DNA of 32,000 bases, from positions 253,292-285,291 of the forward strand of contig CAVQAP010000013.1 in the NCBI GenBank assembly GCA_963710405.1. Reading direction: 5' to 3'. A model generated the notes under the pieces. That model was not told the origin of the DNA. It searched no databases and saw nothing but the letters and a program-made list of their open reading frames with translations. Source of the DNA: an uncultured Acidobacteriota bacterium. GTDB taxonomy: Bacteria > Acidobacteriota > Terriglobia > UBA7540. A program made the translations under genes and the position numbers. This document shows, piece after piece, positions 15,181 to 23,180 of the stretch. The number at the start of each line of letters is the position of its first letter. Within the stretch, counting starts at the first letter, position 1.

Positions 15181-15191
15181 GAAGATAGTCG
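15018..15191. repeat. Exact 18-nt direct repeat TTTTCATGAAGATAGTCG, two copies 156 nt apart
   Basis: Copies at 15018-15035 and 15174-15191. On the minus strand each copy is CGACTATCTTCATGAAAA and contains an in-frame ATG of the 208-aa ORF (codons 1 and 53). Confidence 0.9.
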
Positions 15192-15193
15192 CC

Positions 15194-16084
15194 TCACGTG
15201 GAGCTTTCGCCGGCTTCCGTCTCGCCCGTGGGTTGTTTGGCCATCTTGAAGATTCTTGTCAGCCGCCACAATTGGCGCAGGCTGGAATCCTCCATCCTTT
15301 GCATCAGCAGAGCACTTTTGTCTCGCGGAGCCATCAGCGCCGCGATATTCTCCGGTGATCGCACCCTTGCGGTTTCCGCGCTGAGCTCCTCGCCGATCCG
15401 ACAGTAGTGGATCGAGACTGCACCCAGCGCGGCCCGAAGTTTCTGGCCCGCCGATTCCCCTTCCGGGCTGTCTTGGGCGGAAGGAATGGGCACAGGATCA
15501 CCAGTCCCACCTGCCGGTCCCGGAGCTTTCGACGCCTGCTTCGCCAATTCCCGCAGGAGGGGAAAGAGTTCTCGGATATCGTCCGGTGGATCATCTCCGA
15601 AGCCGTCCTCAAAGGCCGCGATTTGCGCCGCCGAGGGGATGAAATTCGGGCGTTGGAGGGCCTTCCCCAGAGCCACCAAGCGCTGGTAAATATCCTGCTG
15701 GCGAAGGAACCTGGGGGCGACCTCCAGATAGTCTATTTCCAACCCGCTTTGCACGCGCTTCCAGGCCAAGCCGTCCTGCATCCGTTCGGCGCGGCGCATT
15801 CGCCACAGCGTTTGCACCATCCGCGATACCAGCTCCGTTTGCAAACCCGGGCTGGGCTGCAAGTCCGCCATCAGAGATTTCAATAGGCCCACATACTCCT
15901 CGGGACTTTCTCCCAGGGCCAGCAACACCTCGTCCCGCCCTTGGGAATAGAACCCGTGCACCAAGTGGGCTGCGGCGGCGCGCGCCTTGCCCGCGCGCGT
16001 CACCGCTCCCCGCGACTTGCGCCCGTTCGCGCGCTTCGCCGCCAGGTTCTTGCTCCTCATTTTTTGCTTGTGAATTAAAGACAT
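15194..16084 (-). CDS. Hypothetical protein with basic N-terminus (KNLAAKRANGRKSRGAVTRAGKARAAAAHLVHG)
   Basis: 296-aa ORF with GGAG 8 nt upstream of the ATG. The basic N-terminal motif resembles one I recall from many uncharacterised proteins of Acidobacteria, Planctomycetes and Verrucomicrobia. No catalytic motif recognised. Confidence 0.6.
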   Translation of the reverse strand: MSLIHKQKMRSKNLAAKRANGRKSRGAVTRAGKARAAAAHLVHGFYSQGRDEVLLALGESPEEYVGLLKSLMADLQPSPGLQTELVSRMVQTLWRMRRAERMQDGLAWKRVQSGLEIDYLEVAPRFLRQQDIYQRLVALGKALQRPNFIPSAAQIAAFEDGFGDDPPDDIRELFPLLRELAKQASKAPGPAGGTGDPVPIPSAQDSPEGESAGQKLRAALGAVSIHYCRIGEELSAETARVRSPENIAALMAPRDKSALLMQRMEDSSLRQLWRLTRIFKMAKQPTGETEAGESST

Positions 16085-16109
16085 GGAAATCTCCAGGAAT
16101 AAGGTGAAA

Positions 16110-16332
16110 TCAGAAGTAGGGAGTCAGAAGCCGGGAGCTCGGATTCAGAAGTTAGGGGTTAGAAGGTGGAAGTCAGTACCCCGCCTGCCGCTTTCTGGTT
16201 ACTGCCTGCCGCTTCCTGCCTGCTACTTTCCGACTATCCCGATCTGTCGGGAGCCACAGAAGGCGCTCACTGCGTTCTGCTTACTGCCTTCCGCCACCTG
16301 CCTACCACCAACTGCCCACCGCTTACTACTCC
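16110..16332. repeat. Heptamer-periodic low-complexity block (TCAGAAG-type arm followed by CTTCTGN/NNNCTGC-type arms)
   Basis: tcagaag tagggag tcagaag ... tcagaag ttagggg ttagaag gtggaag tcag, then ctgccgc tttctgg ttactgc ctgccgc ttcctgc ctgctac tttccga, and later gttctgc ttactgc cttccgc cacctgc. The arms are only imperfectly complementary. Confidence 0.75.
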
Positions 16333-16351
16333 ATACAGAGCCTCATATGCT

Positions 16352-16380
16352 AGTCTACATTACATTATGAGATATGTCAA
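16352..16380 (-). promoter_or_regulatory. Candidate sigma70-type promoter for the 296-aa/208-aa gene pair
   Basis: Minus strand reads TTGACA - 17 nt - TAGACT inside an AT-rich patch. It is bracketed by two copies of TCATATGC (16343-16350 and 16394-16401). It would give a leader of about 260 nt. Confidence 0.45.
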
Positions 16381-16614
16381 GGATAATGTGCGGTCATATG
16401 CAGAAAACCATGGCATCCAGACAAAACATCCAGGCAAGATATGGGGATAGAAAGTCTAGGCAAAAAACCTGGACAAAGCCTCTGGACCTGCGGCTTTGAC
16501 AAAAATCAAGAGGGAGGGCCTCTGCCGGTCAACTGACGGCGATAAATCGTAGCCCACGACGCAAGAAGGTGGGAATGATGAACAAGTAGACTCGCGCCGC
16601 GACGCTTGTCGGAT

Positions 16615-16656
16615 TGTAGGTGCGGTTCGCGAACCGCCCGCCTGGTGGACACCAGG
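16615..16656. repeat. REP-like TGTAG-type element with two adjacent GC hairpins
   Basis: tgtaggt, then the perfect palindrome gcggttcgcgaaccgc (16622-16637), then cctggtg-ga-caccagg (16641-16656). Flanked by direct repeats ACTCGCGCCGNGACGCT (about 16589 and 16696). Confidence 0.7.
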
Positions 16657-16742
16657 TCGAGGCCCCAGAGGCAAGAAGATGGAAAGAAGGAATAAACTCG
16701 CGCCGAGACGCTGTGGCGCAGAGCAAAGGAGGTGCTTGGTTC

Positions 16743-16826
16743 CAAGTGCCAGGCGCCAAGTGCCAGGTGCCAGGTACAAGTAAAACCCTTACCCCTAATC
16801 CTCAATCCCTGACCCCTGACACCTAG
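16743..16826. repeat. Heptamer-periodic block (CAGGTGC-type arm, then CCCCTGA-type arm)
   Basis: caagtgc caggcgc caagtgc caggtgc caggtac, followed by accctta cccctaa tcctcaa tccctga cccctga cacctag. The arms are partly complementary (GTGCCAGG versus the reverse complement GTGTCAGGGG). Confidence 0.7.
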
Positions 16827-17141
16827 CCTGTGTCTCAGCGTCTCCGCGGCTCTGCGCGAAATGCTTGTTTTGGGGGTTCGGAGCTCAAGAAAACGCGCTC
16901 AGGATGCGGGACCCGGTCAGGGTGACATCAATTGTCAGATCTGCCGTCTCTTCCACGCAGGGACAGGAGATGAGGAGGCGGCGACTCGGCCTATCACCCG
17001 ATCAGATGATTCCGATTGCCCGGACCCGAATTCCCCTCTATCTCATCCTTGAAGAATGGCTCGCAACGTGGTAAACACGAGGCGTCTGTCCGATTCGTCT
17101 CCGCGACTCGCGATTCATAGACTCGAGGTGAAACGCTCACC

Positions 17142-19517
17142 ATGTTTTCGCGCCTACTCATCTTTACCGTCTTTCTCATCGTGCTGCTCGTGAGCCTTCC
17201 GGGCAGTATTTCAAACTCCCAAACCCTCGACTCCAATTCACCGACCCAAATCTGGATGGCGGCGTGGATCAGGCATCCTGACGGCCCCGCGCGCGAATTT
17301 GGCGTCTACCATTTTCGCAAGACCTTCACGCTGGCGGCGGCGCCGAAGCGATTCGTGGTGCATGTTAGCGCGGACAACCGCTACGAGCTTTTTGTGAATG
17401 GCCGGCGCGTGGCCACGGGGCCGGCGCGAGGCGATCTGAAACACTGGCGTTACGAGACGCTCGACATCGCTCCCGAGCTTCGAGCGGGGAAGAACGTGCT
17501 GGCGGCCGTGGTGTGGAACTACGCCGAATACGCTCCCATGGCGCAGATGACGAATGAGACCGGGTTTCTCCTCCAGGGCGACGGCGGGGATGAAGCGTTG
17601 GTGAACACATACCCATCCTGGAAGGCCTTCAAGGATGAAGCCGTGCAGCCTATTGCTTACGATTCGCGGGGCGGGCTGGGCTATTTTGTGGTTGGTCCCG
17701 GAGAGCGTGTGGACGCTTCCCGCTACCCCTGGGGCTGGGAAATGCCTGACTACGATGACTCGGCCTGGGTCCCGGCCCAAATCATCGCGCGCGCCGCACC
17801 GCGCGGAGCCCAGGACTCGCCTTCGCGCTGGTTCCTGATTCCTCGCAACATCCCGCTGATGGAGGAAACCCCGGAGCGCCTTGCGCGCCTGGTGCGTTTC
17901 CAAGGCGTGGAGGCGGCCGGCGATTTCACAGCGGGTCATTCGCCGCTCACTGTCCCCGCGAATTCAAACGCCACCTTGCTGTTCGATCAGGCGCATCTGA
18001 CCACCGCCTACCCCGAGCTTGTGGTGAGCGGCGGCCGCGGCGCGCAAGTCACCCTGACTTATGCCGAGGCCCTCTTTAAAAACCACCGCAAGGGCAACCG
18101 CAACGAAACCGAGGGCCGGGAAATCTTCGGATCTCACGACGAGTTTCTTCCCGATGGCGGCGCGCACCGGACGTTCCGCTCCCTCTGGTGGCGGACGTAT
18201 CGCTATCTTCAATTGGATGTCACGACGCAATCCGAACCCCTGGTGATTGAGGACCTGCGCGGCGCCTTTACCGCGTATCCCTTCGCAATGCGCGCCCGGT
18301 TCGAGAGCGATGACCCCGAACTCGCCAAAATGTGGGAAGTCGGCTGGCGCACGGCGCGGCTTTGCGCGCACGAAACCTATATGGATTGTCCGTATTACGA
18401 ACAACTGCAATATGGCGGGGACACACGCATCCAGGCGCTGGTTTCCCTCTACATGACCGGCGACGACCGGCTGGTGAAGAATGCCATAGAATCGCTGGAC
18501 GAATCCCGCACCCCGGAAGGACTGACCCAGAGCCGTTACCCCTCCTGGTTGCCGCAGTACATCCCGCCCTTCTCGCTCTTTTGGATCGGCATGATGCACG
18601 ACCTCTGGTGGTATCGCGGCGACGCGGACTTTCTGCGGGGATACCTGCCGGGCGCGCGCAACGTTTTAGTGTGGTTTGAAAACCGCCTGACGCCTTCGGG
18701 CCTGCTGGGCCGGATGGAGTGGTGGAATTTCGTCGATTGGTCCAAGGAGTTCAAGGACGGCGTGCCACCGGAGGAAGAAAACGGGCAGTCATCGATCTTG
18801 AGCTTGCAGTTTGTCGCCGCGCTGCGGGCTGCCGCCGACTTGGAAGCCGCGTTCGGCAGCGCCCAGCAGGCTGCGCACGACCGTGCCCTCGCCGATCGAA
18901 TCGTCACCTCGGTCTACAAAACCTGCTGGGACCCTGCCCGGCATTTGATCGCGGATACACCGGCGCACAATCAATTCTCCCAACACGCCAACATCCTGGC
19001 CATTTTGGAGGACGCCGTCCCGCGCGCGGACCAGGCGGAGTTGATGAAGACCGTGCTCAGCGATGCTTCCCTGACGCAGGCCACATATTATTTCCGCTTT
19101 TATCTTTTCCGGGCGATGAAGAAGGCGGGATTGGGCGATAGGTATCTCGACGAGTTGGGCCCCTGGCGGAAGATGCTGGCACTTGGTCTTACCACCTGGG
19201 CGGAAACGCCCGAGCCCACGCGCTCGGATTGCCACGCCTGGAGCGCGCATCCGAATTTCGACTTGCTGGCGACGGTGGCGGGAATTGAGCCCGCGGCGGC
19301 GGAGTTTCGCGAGGTGGAGATTCGCCCTCACCTCGGCGCGCTCCATGAACTGAAAGCAACACTCCCACACCCGCAGGGCGAAATCCAAGTGGAGTATGAA
19401 CGTCACGGCCAGAGCCTGACCGCCGACGTCGTCCTGCCGCAGAAACTCACTGGGTGGTTCTACTGGAACGGCAAGCGCGTGGCGCTGCACGGGGGGCACC
19501 AGCATTTGGTTTTCTAA
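17142..19517 (+). CDS. Alpha-L-rhamnosidase-like (GH78-related) six-hairpin glycosidase, secreted
   Basis: Signal peptide MFSRLLIFTVFLIVLLVSLPG. Rhamnosidase N-terminal-domain pattern (AAWIRHP.., FVVHVSADNRYELFVNGRRVATGP). Catalytic-domain pattern MDCPYYEQLQYGGD resembles DCPxRExxxWxGD. Confidence 0.7.
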   Translation: MFSRLLIFTVFLIVLLVSLPGSISNSQTLDSNSPTQIWMAAWIRHPDGPAREFGVYHFRKTFTLAAAPKRFVVHVSADNRYELFVNGRRVATGPARGDLKHWRYETLDIAPELRAGKNVLAAVVWNYAEYAPMAQMTNETGFLLQGDGGDEALVNTYPSWKAFKDEAVQPIAYDSRGGLGYFVVGPGERVDASRYPWGWEMPDYDDSAWVPAQIIARAAPRGAQDSPSRWFLIPRNIPLMEETPERLARLVRFQGVEAAGDFTAGHSPLTVPANSNATLLFDQAHLTTAYPELVVSGGRGAQVTLTYAEALFKNHRKGNRNETEGREIFGSHDEFLPDGGAHRTFRSLWWRTYRYLQLDVTTQSEPLVIEDLRGAFTAYPFAMRARFESDDPELAKMWEVGWRTARLCAHETYMDCPYYEQLQYGGDTRIQALVSLYMTGDDRLVKNAIESLDESRTPEGLTQSRYPSWLPQYIPPFSLFWIGMMHDLWWYRGDADFLRGYLPGARNVLVWFENRLTPSGLLGRMEWWNFVDWSKEFKDGVPPEEENGQSSILSLQFVAALRAAADLEAAFGSAQQAAHDRALADRIVTSVYKTCWDPARHLIADTPAHNQFSQHANILAILEDAVPRADQAELMKTVLSDASLTQATYYFRFYLFRAMKKAGLGDRYLDELGPWRKMLALGLTTWAETPEPTRSDCHAWSAHPNFDLLATVAGIEPAAAEFREVEIRPHLGALHELKATLPHPQGEIQVEYERHGQSLTADVVLPQKLTGWFYWNGKRVALHGGHQHLVF

Positions 19518-19561
19518 TTCCGTCGCCGTGCGCTGCGGTTCACCGAATCTATCATCAATCC

Positions 19562-20425
19562 TCATTCCGCCGGGGCAGACGGCTTGGGTGGGATGGATTT
19601 TGCCGGGTGCGGTTTCGCCGCGGCTAAGGCTTTGATCGGCGTGATTTGCAGAAGTACGGGAATCACCTTGCCATTGTTAACCATGTCAGTATGATCGTAT
19701 TGCGAACGAATATAAAGCAGGCGGGCGTGGGCTTCCCGGGGAGTGAAGCTAGATGCCTTGGCCGGGATGCCCCTTCGCCGGGCCGTGCCGTAAATGCGGC
19801 GGGCAAACCGGTTGGAGCGGCGCAAGGTGTCACTGGCAACCAATACCATGCGGCGGGGCTTGAGGCGCGGGTGTGGGCGCAGCCAGTAGCGAAACTCCGC
19901 CTGGCCCCCGTAAAGACCGTCCAGAAGAATCACATACTGAAGGCGCGGGTCCTCGAGCCACTTGAGAATCGTGCGATAGCCCCCGCTGTGGCTGACCACC
20001 ACCAAGGGTCCGCGCGGCAGGGGAAAGGGCGTGCGCTCCTCAATGGTGTGCAGCAGATCATCCAACGAATTCCAAAAAACATCTTCGTCGCTCGACCGAG
20101 GCGCTTCGATGGCGATGAAGAGCGCATTCCGGCTGCTGTCACGAAACTGCGACGCCAGGCGATCGTCCGTCCAGGTTTGATCGACGGAAGTGAAATAGCC
20201 GTGGATGTAAATTACCATGCCGGCAGTGCTCGCGTCGTATTCCGCCGGATGCCAAAAGTGCAACGGGCCGTGCTCGGTCTCGACGCGCAGGTGCTCTCCA
20301 CCCGCCTCCGGCGTGGCCTCCTCCTCGACCTGGTGGGCCGGAGCAGGAGTGGAGAAAACAGGCCGGCTCCCGGCGCTTGCCATCGCCATGGCGGTGAAAA
20401 CGAGGATGAAGAAGCGCTCCCTCAT
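19562..20425 (-). CDS. Secreted alpha/beta-hydrolase-like protein
   Basis: The ATG at 20425 overlaps the stop of the upstream gene (ATGA at 20422-20425). Signal peptide MRERFFILVFTAMAMASAG. Nucleophile-elbow-like VVVSHSGGY preceded by a beta-strand, and MVIYIHGYF resembles an oxyanion-region HG. Confidence 0.6.
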   Translation of the reverse strand: MRERFFILVFTAMAMASAGSRPVFSTPAPAHQVEEEATPEAGGEHLRVETEHGPLHFWHPAEYDASTAGMVIYIHGYFTSVDQTWTDDRLASQFRDSSRNALFIAIEAPRSSDEDVFWNSLDDLLHTIEERTPFPLPRGPLVVVSHSGGYRTILKWLEDPRLQYVILLDGLYGGQAEFRYWLRPHPRLKPRRMVLVASDTLRRSNRFARRIYGTARRRGIPAKASSFTPREAHARLLYIRSQYDHTDMVNNGKVIPVLLQITPIKALAAAKPHPAKSIPPKPSAPAE

Positions 20426-21645
20426 GGTGTGGCAGGGGGGGCACGGCGGGTGACCAGCAGATGGTAGGAGCTTTTCGCATCCACGTAGCCGTAGCGGAAG
20501 GTCAGCTTGCGCTGCGGCTGGCTGGCCCACAAATCCTTGAACTGGTCGCTATAGGTGTCGCTGGGGCAGTCGTCAAAGCACATGGCCCCCTGAAAGTTGC
20601 CATAGGTTTCCTGCACAAAGCCCGCGGGAAGCGCAAACTCCGGGGGAATTCCTGAGCAATCGGAAATCATGAAAACCATGTTCGCCAGCAGGTAATTGCG
20701 GATGCGGGAAAAGTGGGGATTCCACAAGCAATAGCTGGCGGCCTTGGTCATCGCCGCAACGCGTCCCTGACTCTCCAGGTAGCGCAGGATGCCCATGTTT
20801 CTTTTCAGAGAACCATTGGCCAGGTTCACCCCGATGTGGCGATGGATGCGCAGGGGACCTTGGCCATCCAGCGAACGGAAAACCAATTCCGAGTTGGCAA
20901 AGGCCTCGGAAAAATCCGGCGAGGTCCACTCCCCGTGCCGCGCCCGCGCCATGCGGGTCTCCATGGCGCTGACCTCCTCCGCGGAGTAATAGTGCAGCGA
21001 GCCATCCGCTTCCACGTGGAAATAGCGCAAGGAAACCGGCTCGTACCCGTGCACCGCCAGCGCCACGAGGAAATAGGAGAGCTGCCCCGGCAGGTCGCCC
21101 TGCTGGGTGTCCATCAGGGTCTCCGTGGTGCTGTCGCCGGCGGCCAGCAGCCTTCCCACGTTGCCGTCCACCAGGTCGAGGCTCTCGTCGAGCCGCTTAT
21201 TATCTATGTTGGTAATACGTCTTGGGTCGCCGGAAAGCTCCAGGGAAAGGGTGGTAATCAGGCGGGCGTCGGGATAAGTGGTGAGGGCTGCCAGCAGGTC
21301 GCCGCCGCCAAAGGGATAGACCACCGTATCCGGTAAACCGGCCGGACGCAGGGCCGCCAGGAAGGGTTTGGCGCGCGCCAGGTACACGCGGCGATATCGC
21401 GCCATCCGCGCCTGGAGCGGCTGGCAATGCTTGGCGACGATTTGGGGGTCGAGGTTGGCGGGTAAGGCGGCGTTGCCGCTGCAAGCTACGACGCGATAGA
21501 GGAGCTTCGCTTCGGCGGCAAAATCCTCGCCTTGCGCGCCTTCCATTTGCGCCGCCGGCGCGCCGCCGGGTGAAACGATGAGGAAAAAGGTCAACAGTAA
21601 GAAGCCGAGCACGGGCATCGAAGCTGATTTGTTCCGAGGTTTCAA
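20422..21645 (-). CDS. Secreted hypothetical protein (407 aa), no recognised domain
   Basis: Long ORF with an N-terminal signal-like segment (KPRNKSASMPVLGFLLLTFFLIVSPGGAPAAQ). Distinct motifs VVYPFGGGDLL, TKAASYCLW, ISDCSGIP and FRYGYVD. TTG at 21645 or ATG at 21618. Confidence 0.7.
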   Translation of the reverse strand: MKPRNKSASMPVLGFLLLTFFLIVSPGGAPAAQMEGAQGEDFAAEAKLLYRVVACSGNAALPANLDPQIVAKHCQPLQARMARYRRVYLARAKPFLAALRPAGLPDTVVYPFGGGDLLAALTTYPDARLITTLSLELSGDPRRITNIDNKRLDESLDLVDGNVGRLLAAGDSTTETLMDTQQGDLPGQLSYFLVALAVHGYEPVSLRYFHVEADGSLHYYSAEEVSAMETRMARARHGEWTSPDFSEAFANSELVFRSLDGQGPLRIHRHIGVNLANGSLKRNMGILRYLESQGRVAAMTKAASYCLWNPHFSRIRNYLLANMVFMISDCSGIPPEFALPAGFVQETYGNFQGAMCFDDCPSDTYSDQFKDLWASQPQRKLTFRYGYVDAKSSYHLLVTRRAPPATP

Positions 21646-21688
21646 GACGGTCCTTTCCTGTCGCGAACGCTCTCCAGGAGCCCGGGAC

Positions 21689-22909
21689 TCAGTAGACGAC
21701 GAAGGAGCTGGACCCTATGCGGCTCCCGTTCACATACAAATCCACTCGGTACGTGCCTTTCCTCCACATGCCAGCGCGCTGCCAGCCGCGGCCGGAATTG
21801 TACAATCCATCGGGCCATCCGGCGTCCGCGTATGTGGGCACAGTTTGATTGGCCAGCACTGCACCATTGGGATTGTACCAGGTTGCATAGATCGTGAAGT
21901 TGATCCGTGAGGCCGGGGCGGGAAACGTAAGGTGGAGTTCCCAATTTACAAAACGTGTGGTGCGATGATTGAACTGCAATTGGTAAGCGCGCTGGCCCAG
22001 CGCGGGCGGAGTGTAACCGGATTCGAAAAACTTGAACTCTTGGAAGCTCGCCCCCGGCACAGGGAATCCCGGCAAGTTGCCGACTACCGGCCGAACCACC
22101 GGCGGGGGCGGGGGAGCGGTTACACTGACGTAAGCGGTGGCGGTCTTGATCCCGCCGCGGCCGATGGCGGTGAGTGTATAGGTTGTGGACTCGCGCGGTG
22201 ACACGTTGGTCGAGCCTGTCAACCCGACTTTTCCCAGTCCCGGCTCAATGTCAACGTCGGCCGCGTTAATAGCCGTCCAGGTCAAGGTGACGGACTGCCC
22301 GGCCTCAATCGAGCTGCGGTCTGCGCCCAGTGTGGCGGTGGGGGCGAGATTCTCCTTCTCCAAGGTTACGAACGCTTCCACCGTTTCGCCGGCGGTGACG
22401 GTAATGGAATTCTCCCAGGTCTTATAGTCTGGCAGAGCCACGCGCAAGCGATAGGTGCCGGGAGCCAGTCCGGACAGGCGCAGTTCGCCCTCCGGGCTCG
22501 TCATCCCTTTGGGCTCATCGTTGACATAAACCTGCGCCTCGCCTGGCTGCGATTGGATCTTCAGCATTCCCGTGGCCGGCGCGGGTGGCGTTGTTTCCTC
22601 GGGCTGGGAAGCTTTCCGCAAGGCCTCGATCAGCTCATCCGTGGCCCCGGCCTCGCGGAATTGGGTCTCCAGATCGTCAGACATGTGGAAGGTAATGCCG
22701 TTTTCCCCGACCACCTGGGCAATCTCCGAACTCGGCACGCTGCCTTTCAGCAACTCCGTGACGTCCTTTAGGGATAGAGGTTTGCCTTTTTCCGCGGCCA
22801 TGGGCCCGGCCACGGCCAGGGCTGCCAACATGAAAAGTATCCAGCCCGAGCGCAACAGGCCTTTTTTGCGACGCATATTGTTGGGATTGGCCTCGGGATT
22901 GTTAGGCAT
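21689..22909 (-). CDS. Secreted PEGA-domain / Ig-like-domain protein, paralogous in its N-terminal module to the CDS at 153..1376
   Basis: Signal segment RRKKGLLRSGWILFMLAALAVAGPMAA. PEGA (VYVNDEPKGMTSPEGELRLSGLAPGTYRLRVALPDYKTWE). Ig-like repeat (IEAGQSVTLTWTAINAADVDIEPGLG..TTYTLTAIGRGG). Start ATG at 22909 or 22876; the longer ORF to 23047 is unsupported. Confidence 0.75.
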   Translation of the reverse strand: MPNNPEANPNNMRRKKGLLRSGWILFMLAALAVAGPMAAEKGKPLSLKDVTELLKGSVPSSEIAQVVGENGITFHMSDDLETQFREAGATDELIEALRKASQPEETTPPAPATGMLKIQSQPGEAQVYVNDEPKGMTSPEGELRLSGLAPGTYRLRVALPDYKTWENSITVTAGETVEAFVTLEKENLAPTATLGADRSSIEAGQSVTLTWTAINAADVDIEPGLGKVGLTGSTNVSPRESTTYTLTAIGRGGIKTATAYVSVTAPPPPPVVRPVVGNLPGFPVPGASFQEFKFFESGYTPPALGQRAYQLQFNHRTTRFVNWELHLTFPAPASRINFTIYATWYNPNGAVLANQTVPTYADAGWPDGLYNSGRGWQRAGMWRKGTYRVDLYVNGSRIGSSSFVVY

Positions 22910-23126
22910 GCTGTTTTCGCTGATCGCTGAAAAACGGCTGTTGGCCACGGTTGCCGCGGTTTCGCGCGGCGCGGCGTCTTTGCCACCAAGGGTTCGAACG
23001 AAAGCCATCGATCGGCCCTTCTTCAGCTTTTTGGAAGGGCCAACCAAGCTTCGAACCGATTCTATCGTAACACCCCGTGCTGAACAAGTAGCGGCCGGGA
23101 AGGTGGATGCTCTGAGCCGGATTTCC

Positions 23127-23135
23127 TGCTAGAAT
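23127..23135 (+). promoter_or_regulatory. Extended -10 promoter box TGCTAGAAT upstream of the beta-helix protein gene
   Basis: TGnTAGAAT lies 46 nt before ATG 23181. The 10-mer TAGAATCGTG is shared with the box at 28128. Confidence 0.4.
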
Positions 23136-23180
23136 CGTGCGCGCAATGAAAGATAATCCTTGCCAGCCAGGAAAACTCCG

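Noticed and set aside
15023-15358. 111-aa plus-strand ORF starting at the repeated ATGAAGATAGTCG
   Set aside because: Its second half is antisense to the 3' end of the 296-aa gene and the translation is Cys/Pro/Phe-rich junk. The repeat is better explained on the minus strand.
16231-16238. CGACTATC at 16231 matches the core of the 18-nt repeat (reverse complement GATAGTCG) at 15028 and 15184
   Set aside because: An 8-mer match is expected about once by chance in 32 kb on two strands, so it is not treated as a third repeat copy.
17238-19565. Minus-strand ORFs 17238..17939, 17964..18599 and 18789..19565 inside the GH78-like gene
   Set aside because: They are antisense shadows of a single continuous 791-aa plus-strand ORF with family motifs.
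19646-21336. Plus-strand ORFs 19646..20467 (273 aa) and 20713..21336 (207 aa)
   Set aside because: They are antisense to the alpha/beta-hydrolase-like and 407-aa genes, which have signal peptides and an ATGA junction.
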